DNA from: an uncultured Tardiphaga sp.
GTDB taxonomy: Bacteria > Pseudomonadota > Alphaproteobacteria > Rhizobiales > Xanthobacteraceae
Direction: 5' to 3'
Assembly (NCBI GenBank): GCA_964244735.1
Contig: CAXTJT010000006.1
Location: forward strand, 149,041-213,040
Length of the DNA stretch: 64,000 nt
The notes under the pieces were generated by a model. It was not told where the DNA came from. It did not search any database and saw only the letters and a list, made by a program, of their open reading frames with translations. Shown piece by piece: positions 36,758 through 46,585 of this stretch; position 1 is the stretch's first letter, and every line of letters begins with the position of its first letter. A program made the translations under genes and the position numbers.

Positions 36758-39700
36758 TTACCCCGCCCTCACCTGCTTCGCGCGATATTGCAAATGCACC
36801 GCGCAGTTGCAGCCCGGCGGATGGGACGCGACGTCGTTGGCGGGTTCAGCAAGCGGCGCGTCGGCCTTGCGCGCCGACACCGGATCGCTGCCCGGAATGT
36901 AATTCAGCACCGGCGCCAGCCAGCGTTCGGCTTCCGTCACGCTCCAGCCCTTGCGAACAGCGTAATCCTCGACCTGATCGCGCTCGATCTTGCCGACGCC
37001 GAAATAATACGACTCCGGATGGCCGACATAGAGCCCCGACACCGACGACCCCGGCCACATCGCATAGCTCTCGGTCAGCGTGACGCCGGCCGTCGCTTCC
37101 GCATCGAGCAACCGGAACAGCGTCGCCTTCTCGGTATGATCGGGCTGTGCCGGATAGCCCGGCGCGGGGCGAATGCCCTTGTATTTTTCAAGAATGAGAT
37201 CGTCCGGCGAGAGCGCCTCGTCCGGCGACGTGCCCCAGAATTCCTGCCGCACGCGCTGATGCATCCGCTCGGCAAAAGCTTCGGCGAGACGGTCCGCCAG
37301 CGCCTTGCACAGGATCGAAGAATAATCGTCATTCGCGTTCTTGAAGCGGTCGGCGATGACGTCCTCGCCGATCCCGGCCGTGACCACGAAGGCGCCGATG
37401 TAATCGTCGACGCCCTCGGGCGCCACGAAATCCGCCAACGCCGCATTGTGGCGGCCGTCGCGCTTCTCCAACTGCTGGCGCAGCGTGTGGAAGGTGGCGA
37501 TCTCGGCCGTGCGGGTGTCGTCGGCGAAGACGCGGATGTCGTCGCCGGTGCGGTTCGCCGGCCAGAAGCCGATCGTGGCATTGGCCTTGAACCATTTCTC
37601 ATCAACGATATGCTTCAGCATCTTGCGCGCGTCGTCGTACAGCGATCGCGCCGTCTCGCCGACGATCTTGTCGTCAAGGATCGCGGGGTATCTGCCCGTC
37701 AATTCCCAGGTCTGGAAGAACGGCGTCCAGTCGATATACGCCGCCAGTTCCGCGAGATCGTAATCGTCAAAGCTCTTTATGCCGAAGAAGGCCGGCTTCA
37801 CCGGCGGCAATGCTGCGAAATCAATCACCACCGCGTTGTCGCGCGCGGCGGCCAGCTTCAGCCGCTTCTTGTCCTGCTGCGCGCGGAAATGCGCCGCCGA
37901 AATCTTGGCGTAGTCGGCGCGAATCTCGGCCGCATAGTCGGTGGCGCGTTCGGCCGACAACAGCGACGACGCGACGCCGACCGCGCGGCTGGCATCGTTG
38001 ACATGCACCACCGCGCCGCGGCGATAATTCGGATCGATCTTCACGGCGGTATGGACGCGGCTCGTGGTCGCGCCGCCGATCAAGAGCGGAATGTCGAGCC
38101 CCTGCCGCTCCATCTCGGCGGCGAGGAAACACATCTCGTCGAGCGACGGCGTGATGAGGCCGGACAGCCCGATGATGTCGGCCCCTTCCGTCTTCGCGGT
38201 CTCGATGATCTTCGCTGCCGGCACCATCACGCCGAGATCGATCACCTCAAAATTATTGCACTGGAGCACGATGCCCACGATATTTTTGCCGATGTCGTGG
38301 ACGTCGCCCTTCACCGTGGCAAGCACGATCTTGCCGGCGGAGTTGCGGCCGTCGCCGACGATGCCGGCGGCCTTGTTGCGCGCCTTTTCCTCTTCCATGA
38401 ACGGCATCAGATAGGCGACCGCCTGCTTCATCACGCGGGCGGATTTCACCACCTGCGGCAGGAACATCTTGCCGTCGCCGAACAGGTCGCCGACCACGTT
38501 CATGCCGGCCATCAGCGGGCCTTCGATGACATGCAGCGGCCGCTCCACCGTCTGCCGCGCGGCTTCTGTGTCGGCGTCGATATAGTCCGTGATGCCGTGG
38601 ACCAGCGCGTGGCTCAGCCGCTTCTCGACCGGCCAGTCGCGCCAGGCGAGATCGGCTTCCTTGACCTGCTTGCCGGCGCCGCGGAATTTCTCGGCGAGGT
38701 CGAGCAGCCGCTCCGACGCGCCGGGATCGCGGTTGAGGATCACGTCCTCGCACACCTGGCGCAATTCCGGATCGATGTCGTCATAGACGATCATCTGCCC
38801 TGCATTGACGATGCCCATATCCATGCCCGCCTTGATGGCGTGATACAGGAACACCGAATGCATCGCCTCGCGCACCGGCTCGTTGCCGCGGAACGAGAAC
38901 GACAGGTTCGAGACGCCGCCGGAAATATGCGCGTGCGGCAGGTTCGAGCGGATCCAGCGCGTCGCCTCGATGAAATCGACGCCGTAATTGTTGTGCTCCT
39001 CGAGCCCGGTCGCGATCGCAAAGATGTTCGGATCGAAGATGATGTCTTCCGGCGGGAAATTGAGCTGATCGACGAGGATGTCGTAGGCGCGTTTGCAGAT
39101 TTCGGTCTTGCGCGCGAACGTATCCGCCTGCCCGACCTCGTCGAACGCCATCACCACCACGGCAGCACCATGGCGCTGCGCGATTTTCGCCTCGTGGATG
39201 AACTTTTCCTCGCCCTCCTTCATCGAGATCGAGTTGACGACCGGTTTGCCCTGCACGCATTTCAGTCCGGCTTCGATCACCGAAAATTTCGACGAGTCGA
39301 CCATGACAGGCACGCGGGCGATGTCCGGCTCGGCGGCGACGAGATTGAGGAACGTCACCATCGCGGCTTCCGAGTCGAGCAAGCCCTCGTCCATGTTGAC
39401 GTCGATGATCTGCGCGCCGTTCTCGACCTGATCGCGCGCCACGGCCAGCGCCGCCGTGTAGTCGCCCGCCGTGACCAGCTTGCGGAATTTCGCCGAGCCG
39501 GTGACGTTGGTGCGCTCGCCGACATTGACGAAGGGAATCGCGGAGGTCAGTTCAAACGGCTCCAGACCCGACAGCCGCAAACGCGGTTCGATCTCGGGCA
39601 CGATGCGAGGTTTGTGCGGCGCGACCGCCTTGGCGATGGCGGCGATGTGGTCCGGCGTGGTGCCGCAGCAGCCGCCAACGATATTGACGAGTCCCGCTTG

Positions 39701-40606
39701 CGCGAATTCGCCGATCAGCCCGGCCATGAACTCCGGGCTTTCGTCATAGGCGCCGAACTCGTTGGGCAGGCCGGCATTCGGATAAGCGCAGACCAGCGTA
39801 TCGGCGACACGGCCGATATCGGCGATATGCGCGCGCAGATCTTCCGCGCCGAGCGCGCAGTTGAAGCCGATGGTGATCGGTCTCGCGTGCCGCACCGAAT
39901 TCCAGAACGCCTCGGGCAACTGCCCCGACAGCAGGCGGCCGGACTTGTCCGTGATGGTGCCGGAGATCATCACCGGCACGTCGATGTGTCGTTCGTCGCA
40001 GATTTCCGCGATGGCGTACAAGGCCGCCTTGGCGTTCAGCGTGTCGAAAATGGTTTCGACCAAAAGCAAATCCGCGCCGCCGTCGAGCAGGCCGTTGATC
40101 TGCTCGCTATAGGCGATGCGCAAATCGTCGAAGGTGACGGCGCGGTAGCCGGGCGACGACACGTCCGGCGAGATCGAGGCGGTGCGGTTGGTCGGGCCGA
40201 TGGCGCCGGCGACAAAACGTGGCTTGCCGTCCTCGGCCTCGACCATGATCGCGGCATTCTTTGCGAGCCGCGCGCCCTCGCGGCTCATCTCATAGGCGAT
40301 GTCGGAGAGGTCGTAGTCAGCCTGCGCGATCGACGTCGACGAAAACGTGTTGGTGGCGACGATGTCGGCGCCGGCGCGCAGATATTGCGCGTGGATGTCC
40401 TCGATCGCCTGCGCCTGCGTCAGGATGAGCAGGTCGTTGTTGCCGCGCAGATCGCGGTGGAAATCCTTGAAGCGGTCGCCGCGAAACGCCGCCTCGTCAT
40501 AATTCAACGCCTGGATCATCGTGCCCATCGCCCCGTCGAGCACGAGGATGCGCTCGCGCGCGAGAGCGTTGAGGGTGTTAGTGATCGATGATTCAGGTGA
40601 AGACAT
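36758..40606 (-). CDS. metH: Cobalamin-dependent methionine synthase
   Basis: [21 protein letters not shown] (Zn site), [10 protein letters not shown] (B12-binding DxHxxG) and a C-terminal AdoMet activation domain. ATG 40606 (alternative TTG 40612). Confidence 0.95.
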   Translation of the reverse strand: MSSPESSITNTLNALARERILVLDGAMGTMIQALNYDEAAFRGDRFKDFHRDLRGNNDLLILTQAQAIEDIHAQYLRAGADIVATNTFSSTSIAQADYDLSDIAYEMSREGARLAKNAAIMVEAEDGKPRFVAGAIGPTNRTASISPDVSSPGYRAVTFDDLRIAYSEQINGLLDGGADLLLVETIFDTLNAKAALYAIAEICDERHIDVPVMISGTITDKSGRLLSGQLPEAFWNSVRHARPITIGFNCALGAEDLRAHIADIGRVADTLVCAYPNAGLPNEFGAYDESPEFMAGLIGEFAQAGLVNIVGGCCGTTPDHIAAIAKAVAPHKPRIVPEIEPRLRLSGLEPFELTSAIPFVNVGERTNVTGSAKFRKLVTAGDYTAALAVARDQVENGAQIIDVNMDEGLLDSEAAMVTFLNLVAAEPDIARVPVMVDSSKFSVIEAGLKCVQGKPVVNSISMKEGEEKFIHEAKIAQRHGAAVVVMAFDEVGQADTFARKTEICKRAYDILVDQLNFPPEDIIFDPNIFAIATGLEEHNNYGVDFIEATRWIRSNLPHAHISGGVSNLSFSFRGNEPVREAMHSVFLYHAIKAGMDMGIVNAGQMIVYDDIDPELRQVCEDVILNRDPGASERLLDLAEKFRGAGKQVKEADLAWRDWPVEKRLSHALVHGITDYIDADTEAARQTVERPLHVIEGPLMAGMNVVGDLFGDGKMFLPQVVKSARVMKQAVAYLMPFMEEEKARNKAAGIVGDGRNSAGKIVLATVKGDVHDIGKNIVGIVLQCNNFEVIDLGVMVPAAKIIETAKTEGADIIGLSGLITPSLDEMCFLAAEMERQGLDIPLLIGGATTSRVHTAVKIDPNYRRGAVVHVNDASRAVGVASSLLSAERATDYAAEIRADYAKISAAHFRAQQDKKRLKLAAARDNAVVIDFAALPPVKPAFFGIKSFDDYDLAELAAYIDWTPFFQTWELTGRYPAILDDKIVGETARSLYDDARKMLKHIVDEKWFKANATIGFWPANRTGDDIRVFADDTRTAEIATFHTLRQQLEKRDGRHNAALADFVAPEGVDDYIGAFVVTAGIGEDVIADRFKNANDDYSSILCKALADRLAEAFAERMHQRVRQEFWGTSPDEALSPDDLILEKYKGIRPAPGYPAQPDHTEKATLFRLLDAEATAGVTLTESYAMWPGSSVSGLYVGHPESYYFGVGKIERDQVEDYAVRKGWSVTEAERWLAPVLNYIPGSDPVSARKADAPLAEPANDVASHPPGCNCAVHLQYRAKQVRAG

Positions 40607-40617
40607 TTGCAAAGTAC

Positions 40618-41019
40618 TCAGCAGGACTCCCTCTCCCCTTGGGGGAGAGGGTTGGGGTGAGGGGGGACCGACCTCGATAATTCAAGCGTCGAAACAATCA
40701 TCTCAAGCACGCCATCGATATTTGCCAGCACATCGTTATTCCAGAACCGGACGACCAGATAACCCATGGCCGACAGCATCTCGGTCCGCTTGCCATCGCT
40801 CTCGATCTGCTCCGCATGCTGCCCTCCGTCGAGTTCGATAATTACGCGCGCTTCCAAACAGCAGAAATCAACGACGTAGCGATCGATCGGAAATTGCCGT
40901 TTGAACTTCCATCCGCCGAGTTGCCGGTTTCGCAGATGCCGCCATAACTTCGCCTCTGCATCAGTCATTTGACGACGCAATTGCCTTGCACGCAGGGCTC
41001 GTCCGTCACGCATGACCAT
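40618..41019 (-). CDS. DUF559 / Vsr-like endonuclease-domain protein
   Basis: [70 protein letters not shown]... is the typical DUF559 core. The last ~15 codons are encoded by the flanking repeat. Many A/T-ending codons. Confidence 0.8.
   Translation of the reverse strand: MVMRDGRALRARQLRRQMTDAEAKLWRHLRNRQLGGWKFKRQFPIDRYVVDFCCLEARVIIELDGGQHAEQIESDGKRTEMLSAMGYLVVRFWNNDVLANIDGVLEMIVSTLELSRSVPPHPNPLPQGERESC
40627..40665. repeat. Family C inverted repeat, left arm of the DUF559 cassette
   Basis: ctccctctccccttgggggagagggttggggtgaggggg. 38/39 identical to the reverse complement of 41031-41069. Confidence 0.85.
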
Positions 41020-41030
41020 CGGCGTTCGTG

Positions 41031-41069
41031 CCCCCTCACCCCAGCCCTCTCCCCCAAGGGGAGAGGGAG
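41031..41069. repeat. Family C inverted repeat, right arm of the DUF559 cassette
   Basis: ccccctcaccccagccctctcccccaaggggagagggag, located 11 nt upstream of the DUF559 ATG. Confidence 0.85.
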
Positions 41070-41147
41070 CGCGCCCTGCCCGATGCCCGATGATGAATCG
41101 GCTCGGGCTTTCGATGTTTTCCCGGACTCGCAAACCGGGAAATCTTA

Positions 41148-41276
41148 CCTCTCCCCGTCGGGGAGAGGTCGGCTTGTCGCAAACAATGCGAAGCATCGTT
41201 TGCGGCAAGCCGGGTGAGGGGCCACGAGCCCGTCGATAAGCAGCGACTTCTTCTCCCCCACGGGGAGAGGGAGCGC
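41148..41276. repeat. Two further family C hairpin units in the metF-DUF559 spacer
   Basis: cctctccccgtcggggagaggtcgg...ccgggtgagggg (41148-41223), and cttctcccccacggggagagggagcgc (41247-41276). Confidence 0.7.
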
Positions 41277-41307
41277 TCAGTGCCTGGAGCGAATCCAACA
41301 CAATCAC

Positions 41308-42207
41308 TCACGCTGCCTTTTGCGCTTGGCCGGCGCGATAACCCAGCAGATGGCTGATCGCGAAGACGAGGTCGGCGCGGTTCATCGTATAGAAATGGAA
41401 GTCCGTCACGCCGCGCTTGGCGAGCTTCTGCACCTGGCCTGCCGCGACGGTGGCGGCGACCAGCTTGCGGGTCTCGGCATCGTCGTCGAGGCCGTCGAAC
41501 TTCTCCGCGAGCCAGGCCGGAACAGTCGTCCCGGTGCGCGTGACGAAGCTGCGCGCCTGCTTGAAATTGTGCATCGGCATGATGCCGGGAACGATCGGAA
41601 TATCGATGCCGCGGGCGCGGACGCGGTCGAGATAGCGGAAGTACAGATCGTTATCGAAAAACACCTGGGTGATGGCGCGGGTCGCGCCGGCATCGACCTT
41701 GGCCGCCAGCGTATCGATGTCGGCGTCGAAATCCGGGCTTTCGGGGTGCTTCTCGGGATAGGCCGAGACGGTCACGTCGATCTCGGGATAACGCCGCTTG
41801 ATGCTGGCGACGAGATCGGCCGAGGTCGTGTAGCCATCCGGATGCGCCTGATAGGCCGTACCGATGCCGGTGGTCGGATCGCCGCGCAAGGCAACGATAT
41901 GGCGGACGCCGACGTCGTGATAACGCGCGACGACTTCGTCGATCTCGCCGCGCGGCGCACCGACGCAGGTGAGATGCGCGGCCGGCACAAGCGCCGTTTC
42001 ATTGAGGATGCGCGTGATGGTCGAATGGGTGCGCTCGCGGGTCGACCCGCCCGCGCCGTAGGTGACGGAAACGAAACTTGGATCGAGCGGGGCCAAGCGC
42101 GTGATGGTGTCCCAGAGGCTTTTCTCCATCTCTTCCGTCTTCGGCGGAAAGAACTCGAAGGAAATCTTGGGCAACCGATGGGTTTGGCTGGGCGCGGGCT
42201 CACTCAT
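41308..42207 (-). CDS. metF: 5,10-methylenetetrahydrofolate reductase
   Basis: KISFEFFPPKTEEMEKSLW...SVTYGAGGSTRERT...HLTCVGA...IVALRGD is the MetF family pattern. Confidence 0.95.
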   Translation of the reverse strand: MSEPAPSQTHRLPKISFEFFPPKTEEMEKSLWDTITRLAPLDPSFVSVTYGAGGSTRERTHSTITRILNETALVPAAHLTCVGAPRGEIDEVVARYHDVGVRHIVALRGDPTTGIGTAYQAHPDGYTTSADLVASIKRRYPEIDVTVSAYPEKHPESPDFDADIDTLAAKVDAGATRAITQVFFDNDLYFRYLDRVRARGIDIPIVPGIMPMHNFKQARSFVTRTGTTVPAWLAEKFDGLDDDAETRKLVAATVAAGQVQKLAKRGVTDFHFYTMNRADLVFAISHLLGYRAGQAQKAA

Positions 42208-42314
42208 CGCAACATCCTCGGATCGACAATTCTGGCTACAGGCGGCGGCAATGCCTTAAAGTAGAGGAAAGCCGATCCGGCTGGTAGCCCATTCCCGGCT
42301 GAGAAGAATGGGAA

Positions 42315-42435
42315 TTTGCCCAACGGAAGTCAATTCAGGCGTTCTATTGCATTGCACGCATTGAAATGGTGGGCAAGAAAAAAACAGGTAAACGGCGCTG
42401 ATTCTCCTGATTGGAGGAAACTTCCGTTGGGCAAA
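42315..42435. promoter_or_regulatory. 121-bp element closed by a perfect 16-bp inverted repeat in the metF / oxidoreductase divergent region
   Basis: tttgcccaacggaagt (42315-42330) and acttccgttgggcaaa (42420-42435). The interior has an A7 run, a ctgatt-ctc-ctgatt direct repeat (42398-42412) and tgcattgca. Confidence 0.5.
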
Positions 42436-42552
42436 GCTCGAATATTTTTCAACACAAAGATGTCAGCCCACTGACCCAACGCAGATCGCGTTTCGGTTTC
42501 AGGTCCGCATTCTTGGTGTTGTGCCGCCGCGCCGATGCACTACCTTGTGTGG

Positions 42553-43578
42553 ATGCAAATGCTTCCTTTATCCGTCCTTGACCTCTCGGTCGTCACCACC
42601 GGCGCGCCGCCCGCCAAGGCGCTGCGCAACTCGATCGATCTGGCGCGCCATGCCGATCGGCTCGGCTATGTCCGTTACTGGGTCGCCGAGCACCACAACC
42701 TGCCGTCGGTCGCGAGCCCCGCGCCCGACATCCTGATCGGCCAGATCGCGGCGGCGACGCAGACCATCCGCGTCGGCTCCGGCGGCGTCATGCTGCCGAA
42801 CCACGCGCCTTTGATGGTGGCCGAACGCTTCAAGATGCTGGAGGCCCTGTTTCCCGGCCGCATCGATCTCGGGCTCGGCCGCGCGCCGGGCACCGATGGC
42901 GCGACCGCGCATGCGCTGCGCCGCCGGCTCGAGGGGCGCGAGGGTGACGACTTTCTCGAACGGCTGCACGAGTTGACGCTCTGGGAGACGCGCGGCTTTC
43001 CGCCGGGGCATCCCTACAACAATGTGATCGCGATGCCCAATGACGTGCCGCTGCCGCCGATCTGGCTGCTCGGCTCCAGCGATTATTCGTCGGATCTCGC
43101 CGCTCAGATCGGCATGGGCTTCGCGTTCGCGCATCACTTCGCCTCGCATGACGCCGCCGACGCGCTGGTGCACTACCGCGCCCGGTTCAAGTCGTCGCAA
43201 TGGCGTGGCGCGCCGCACGGCATTCTCGCGGTCGCCGCAATTGTCGGCGAGACCGATGAGGAGGCTGAACGGCTCGCCGCATCGGCCGATCTCAACCGGC
43301 TGCGCCGCGATCGCGGTCAGTTCGCGCCGCTGCCGAGCGTCGAGGAAGCGCTGGCCTATGATTATTCCGACGCCGAACGCGCAGCGATCAGGCGCAATCG
43401 CGCGAAACTGTTCGTCGGCGCGAAGGCGCGCGTGATGCAGCAATTGCAGCCGCTGATCGAGACCAGTCAGCCCGACGAGGTGATGGTGATCACGGCCGTG
43501 TACGACCACGACGCCCGCAAGCGGTCCTACGATCTGCTGGCGGAGGCGTTCGCGGTCGGCAAGCAGGCGGCGGCGTGA
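42553..43578 (+). CDS. Luciferase-like (LLM class) flavin-dependent oxidoreductase
   Basis: [14 protein letters not shown]...[27 protein letters not shown]...[19 protein letters not shown]...[14 protein letters not shown]. Confidence 0.85.
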   Translation: MQMLPLSVLDLSVVTTGAPPAKALRNSIDLARHADRLGYVRYWVAEHHNLPSVASPAPDILIGQIAAATQTIRVGSGGVMLPNHAPLMVAERFKMLEALFPGRIDLGLGRAPGTDGATAHALRRRLEGREGDDFLERLHELTLWETRGFPPGHPYNNVIAMPNDVPLPPIWLLGSSDYSSDLAAQIGMGFAFAHHFASHDAADALVHYRARFKSSQWRGAPHGILAVAAIVGETDEEAERLAASADLNRLRRDRGQFAPLPSVEEALAYDYSDAERAAIRRNRAKLFVGAKARVMQQLQPLIETSQPDEVMVITAVYDHDARKRSYDLLAEAFAVGKQAAA

Positions 43579-43586
43579 ATTGAAAC

Positions 43587-43701
43587 GTCATTCCGGGGCG
43601 CTTACGCCACTTGGCGGAAGCGAACCCGGAATCTCATCATGTTCAACTTCACAAGATTCCGGGTTCGCGTTCGGCGAGAGCCGACCGCGCCCCGGAATGA
43701 C
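43587..43701. repeat. 115-bp REP/MITE-like element, family B, copy 1
   Basis: gtcattccggggcg...aacccggaatct...agattccgggtt...cgccccggaatgac. Confidence 0.9.
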
Positions 43702-43728
43702 GGCGAGTAGGAGGCGGCGAGAGAAGCC

Positions 43729-45009
43729 CTACCCTACCAAAATCACGCGTACGTCGTTGACGTTTGTCAGCGTCGGGCCGGTCATCACGAGATCGCCGGT
43801 GGCCTCGAAGAACGCCGTCGCATCGTTGTTCGCCAGATGCGCCACCGGATCGAGATGTTTGTCGCGCATCGCCGCAAACGTCGATGCATCGATGATCGCG
43901 CCGGCGGGGTCGCTTGCCGAGCCGCCGCCGCCGTCGGCGCCGTCGGTGTCGGCGGCCAAGGCCGCAATCTCCGGCATGTCCTTGACGAGATCAGCCAGTG
44001 CCAGCGCATATTCCTGATTGGGACCGCCGCGCCCCTCGCCGCGCACCGTGACGGTCAACTCGCCGCCGGAGATGATCGCGACGCGGCGACCTTCGTCGCG
44101 CGCGGTCAACGCCAGCTTGGCGTGCTCGGCGGCCACCTCGCGCGCTTCGCCCTCGCAATCCGCGCCGAGATCGATCACCTCGTAACCGGCCGCACGCGCC
44201 ACCGCGATCGCGGCATCGAGCGAGCCGCGCGGCCGTGCGATCAACTTGAACGTGGCGCGTGCGAAGGCGGCATCGCCGGGCTTGATGCTTTCATTGGCCT
44301 CGTCGTTGAGCGCCGCCGCCACCGCATCATCCAGTGTCAGGCCATGGCGCACGATCAAGGCCCGCGCATCGGCAAGCGTGGATGGGTCCGGCACCGTCGG
44401 TCCCGAGGCGATCACGGCGGGATCGTCGTGCGGCACGTCGGAAATCGCCAGCGTCAAAATCTGCGCGCGATGCCCCGCGCGGGCGAGACGTCCGCCCTTG
44501 ATGCGTGACAGATGTTTGCGGACCGTGTTCATCGCACCGATCGGCGCGCCGGATTTCAGCAATGCGCGATTCAGCGCCTGCTTCTGTGCAAAGCTGATGC
44601 CCATGACGGGGAGCGTCCAGTTTGCCGAGCCGCCGCCCGACATCAGCACCAGCAACAGATCGTCGGCGTCGGCGGTTGCAGCCAAAGCGAGGCTGTCCTC
44701 GGCGGCCCGCATGCCCGCCGCATCGGGCACCGGATGCCCGGCCTCGACCACCGTGATGCGCCGCGTCGGCACGCCGTGGCCGTGGCGCGTGCTGGCGATG
44801 CCGACGAGTCGTGCGGACGGCAGTTTCAGATGGTCGAGATAATGGCGTTCGGCGGCGGCGGCCATCGCGGCGGCGCCCTTGCCGGCGGCGAGGCAGATCA
44901 CACGGCCCCTGGGCGGCGACGGCAGGTGCTGCGCCAAAATAACGTCGGGATGCGCGGCCGATACGGCGGCGTCAAGGATGGAGCGAAGCAGCGCGCGGGT
45001 GTCGGTCAT
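43729..45009 (-). CDS. Glycerate 2-kinase / hydroxypyruvate reductase-like (MOFRL family)
   Basis: MTDTRALLRSILDAAVSAAHP...ISGGELTVTVRGEGRGGPNQEYALA...TGPTLTNVNDVRVILVG. Confidence 0.85.
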   Translation of the reverse strand: MTDTRALLRSILDAAVSAAHPDVILAQHLPSPPRGRVICLAAGKGAAAMAAAAERHYLDHLKLPSARLVGIASTRHGHGVPTRRITVVEAGHPVPDAAGMRAAEDSLALAATADADDLLLVLMSGGGSANWTLPVMGISFAQKQALNRALLKSGAPIGAMNTVRKHLSRIKGGRLARAGHRAQILTLAISDVPHDDPAVIASGPTVPDPSTLADARALIVRHGLTLDDAVAAALNDEANESIKPGDAAFARATFKLIARPRGSLDAAIAVARAAGYEVIDLGADCEGEAREVAAEHAKLALTARDEGRRVAIISGGELTVTVRGEGRGGPNQEYALALADLVKDMPEIAALAADTDGADGGGGSASDPAGAIIDASTFAAMRDKHLDPVAHLANNDATAFFEATGDLVMTGPTLTNVNDVRVILVG

Positions 45010-45074
45010 GCCCGCAGCTTTGCCGCGGAGACGGCATGGAAGCAACCGTCGTCGCTTCCTTCCAATTCTCTATC

Positions 45075-45189
45075 GTCATTCCGGGGCGCGAGCAGCGATA
45101 GCTGCGCGCGAACCCGGAATCTGGTCATGTTCATCTTGATGAGATTCCTGGTTCGCAGCCGCCAAGTGGCGTCTGCGCCCCGGAATGAC
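45075..45189. repeat. Family B element, copy 2 (sub-hairpin order inverted relative to copy 1)
   Basis: Same termini as copy 1. The cgccacttggcgg module of copy 1 (left half) appears as ccgccaagtggcg in the right half. Confidence 0.9.
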
Positions 45190-45199
45190 GGACCCGTCT

Positions 45200-46423
45200 C
45201 TACTCCGCCGGCACGTCGGCGCTGATGACGTCGCCGAAGAACTCCCATTTCTCGCCCTTGAAGCGCATCATCTGCACCGAAGCGATCGGCGAGAAGTCAC
45301 TCGCCGACGTGCCGATCTTGATGCCCGGCAGCAGCACGTCAGACTGGAAATCCTTCAGCGACGCGGCCTGCTTCATCACGTTGGCGCGGGTCAGATCGTC
45401 GCCGCACATTTCGAGGACTTTCTGCAAGGTCTGCGCCGCGCCGTAGCCATAGATGAGGCTGTTGTCGGAGCGGTCCGCGCCCGGCATGTACTTGTCGATG
45501 AAGGCCGACCACTTCTTCATGCCGGCATCGTCCTTCCACTGCGGGTCGGTGCCGTCCTTGCGGTAGTCCGCGGAGAGCACGCCCTGCGATGCGTCGAAAC
45601 CGGCCGGCTGCATCACCGCGCCGACCGAGACGCTCACATTGGTCAGGAGGTGCAGCGGTTTCCAGCCGAGTTCGCCGATCTTCTTGATGGTCTGGGCAGC
45701 GAACTTCGGGGTCGAGAACGACACCACGACATCCGGATTCATCGCCTTGACCTTGACGATGTGCGAGTCGACCGTGGGCTCGGAGATCTCGTAGCTTTCC
45801 TCCGTGACGATCATCGCCGTCTTGGCGCCGAGACCGTCCTTGAAACCCTTGAGGTAATCCTTGCCGAAATCGTCGTTCTGATAGAGCACGGCGATCTTGG
45901 CGTCGGGCTTTTCCTTCAGCAGATATTTCGCATAGATCTGCGCTTCGCTCTGGTAGGAAGGCTGCCATCCCATCGTCCAGGGGAAGGTCTTCGGCTCGTT
46001 CCACTTCGACGCGCCGGTGGCGACGAAAAGCTGCGGCACCTTCTTGGCGTTCATGTATTTCTGGATCGCGGTGTTCGACGCCGTGCCGAGCGAATTGAAG
46101 ATCAGCAGGGCTTCGTCGCTTTCGACGAGCTTGCGCGCCTGTTCCACGGCCTTCGGCGGCGAATAGCCGTCGTCATAGGAAATGAAGTTGACCTTGCGGC
46201 CGTTGATGCCGCCCTGCTCGTTGACCATCTTGAAATAAGCGGCCTCGGTCTTGCCGATCAGGCCATAGGACGACGCCGGACCGGAATACGGCATGATGTT
46301 GCCGATCTTGATCTCGGTATCGGTCGCGCCGGTATCGTATTTCTTCTGGGCCATGGCGCTCGTTGTGGCGAGCATCAGGACGGCGGACGAGATCGCGGCG
46401 AGACGCGATGACAGAGCGGGCAT
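45200..46423 (-). CDS. LivK-type periplasmic substrate-binding protein, paralogue 1
   Basis: Signal MPALSSRLAAISSAVLMLATTSAMA, then QKKYDTGATDTEIKIGNIMPYSGPASSYG.... Highly similar to the two upstream paralogues. Confidence 0.9.
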   Translation of the reverse strand: MPALSSRLAAISSAVLMLATTSAMAQKKYDTGATDTEIKIGNIMPYSGPASSYGLIGKTEAAYFKMVNEQGGINGRKVNFISYDDGYSPPKAVEQARKLVESDEALLIFNSLGTASNTAIQKYMNAKKVPQLFVATGASKWNEPKTFPWTMGWQPSYQSEAQIYAKYLLKEKPDAKIAVLYQNDDFGKDYLKGFKDGLGAKTAMIVTEESYEISEPTVDSHIVKVKAMNPDVVVSFSTPKFAAQTIKKIGELGWKPLHLLTNVSVSVGAVMQPAGFDASQGVLSADYRKDGTDPQWKDDAGMKKWSAFIDKYMPGADRSDNSLIYGYGAAQTLQKVLEMCGDDLTRANVMKQAASLKDFQSDVLLPGIKIGTSASDFSPIASVQMMRFKGEKWEFFGDVISADVPAE

Positions 46424-46536
46424 GGGGGCCTCTTGGTGTTGGCGTTTCCGTTTGCTGCGGCGCAAAAGCGCCTCGCCCACGCGTAACGCACCTGCGAGGT
46501 GGCGTCCAGCGGCTCGCGTGCCGGCACTGCGCAAAG

Positions 46537-46569
46537 AAAAAGCGCCCCACTATCAGCGAGGCGCTTTTT
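46537..46569 (-). terminator. Hairpin terminator after binding-protein paralogue 2
   Basis: aaaaagcgcc...ggcgcttttt arms. A T-tract follows on the minus strand. Confidence 0.6.
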
Positions 46570-46585
46570 GATGACGAAAGGGTTC

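Noticed and set aside
36641-40591. 1316-aa ORF on the plus strand, the longest ORF in the window.
   Set aside because: It is exactly antisense to metH. Its product is Arg/Ala/Asp/His-rich with no recognisable motifs, while the minus-strand frame carries all MetH signatures. Such shadow ORFs are expected opposite genes with very high third-position GC.
40620-41280. Clustered ggggagagg / cctctcccc hairpins that superficially resemble a short repeat array (CRISPR-like).
   Set aside because: The units are palindromic, irregularly spaced and in both orientations, and they belong to a dispersed family also seen at 36592 and 56143. There are no uniform spacers and no cas genes.
42366-42401. 11-codon ORF (MVGKKKTGKRR) inside the 121-bp inverted-repeat element upstream of metF.
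   Set aside because: It has no Shine-Dalgarno, lies on the opposite strand to metF, and its length is compatible with chance in an AT-richer patch. Noted only as a possible leader peptide for the oxidoreductase gene.
42208-42552. Possible SAM-II or cobalamin riboswitch upstream of metF.
   Set aside because: I could not find the B12 box (GCCACTG-type core), the GGGAA/GGTG elements, or the SAM-II pseudoknot core. Kept only as an unclassified structured element in the findings.
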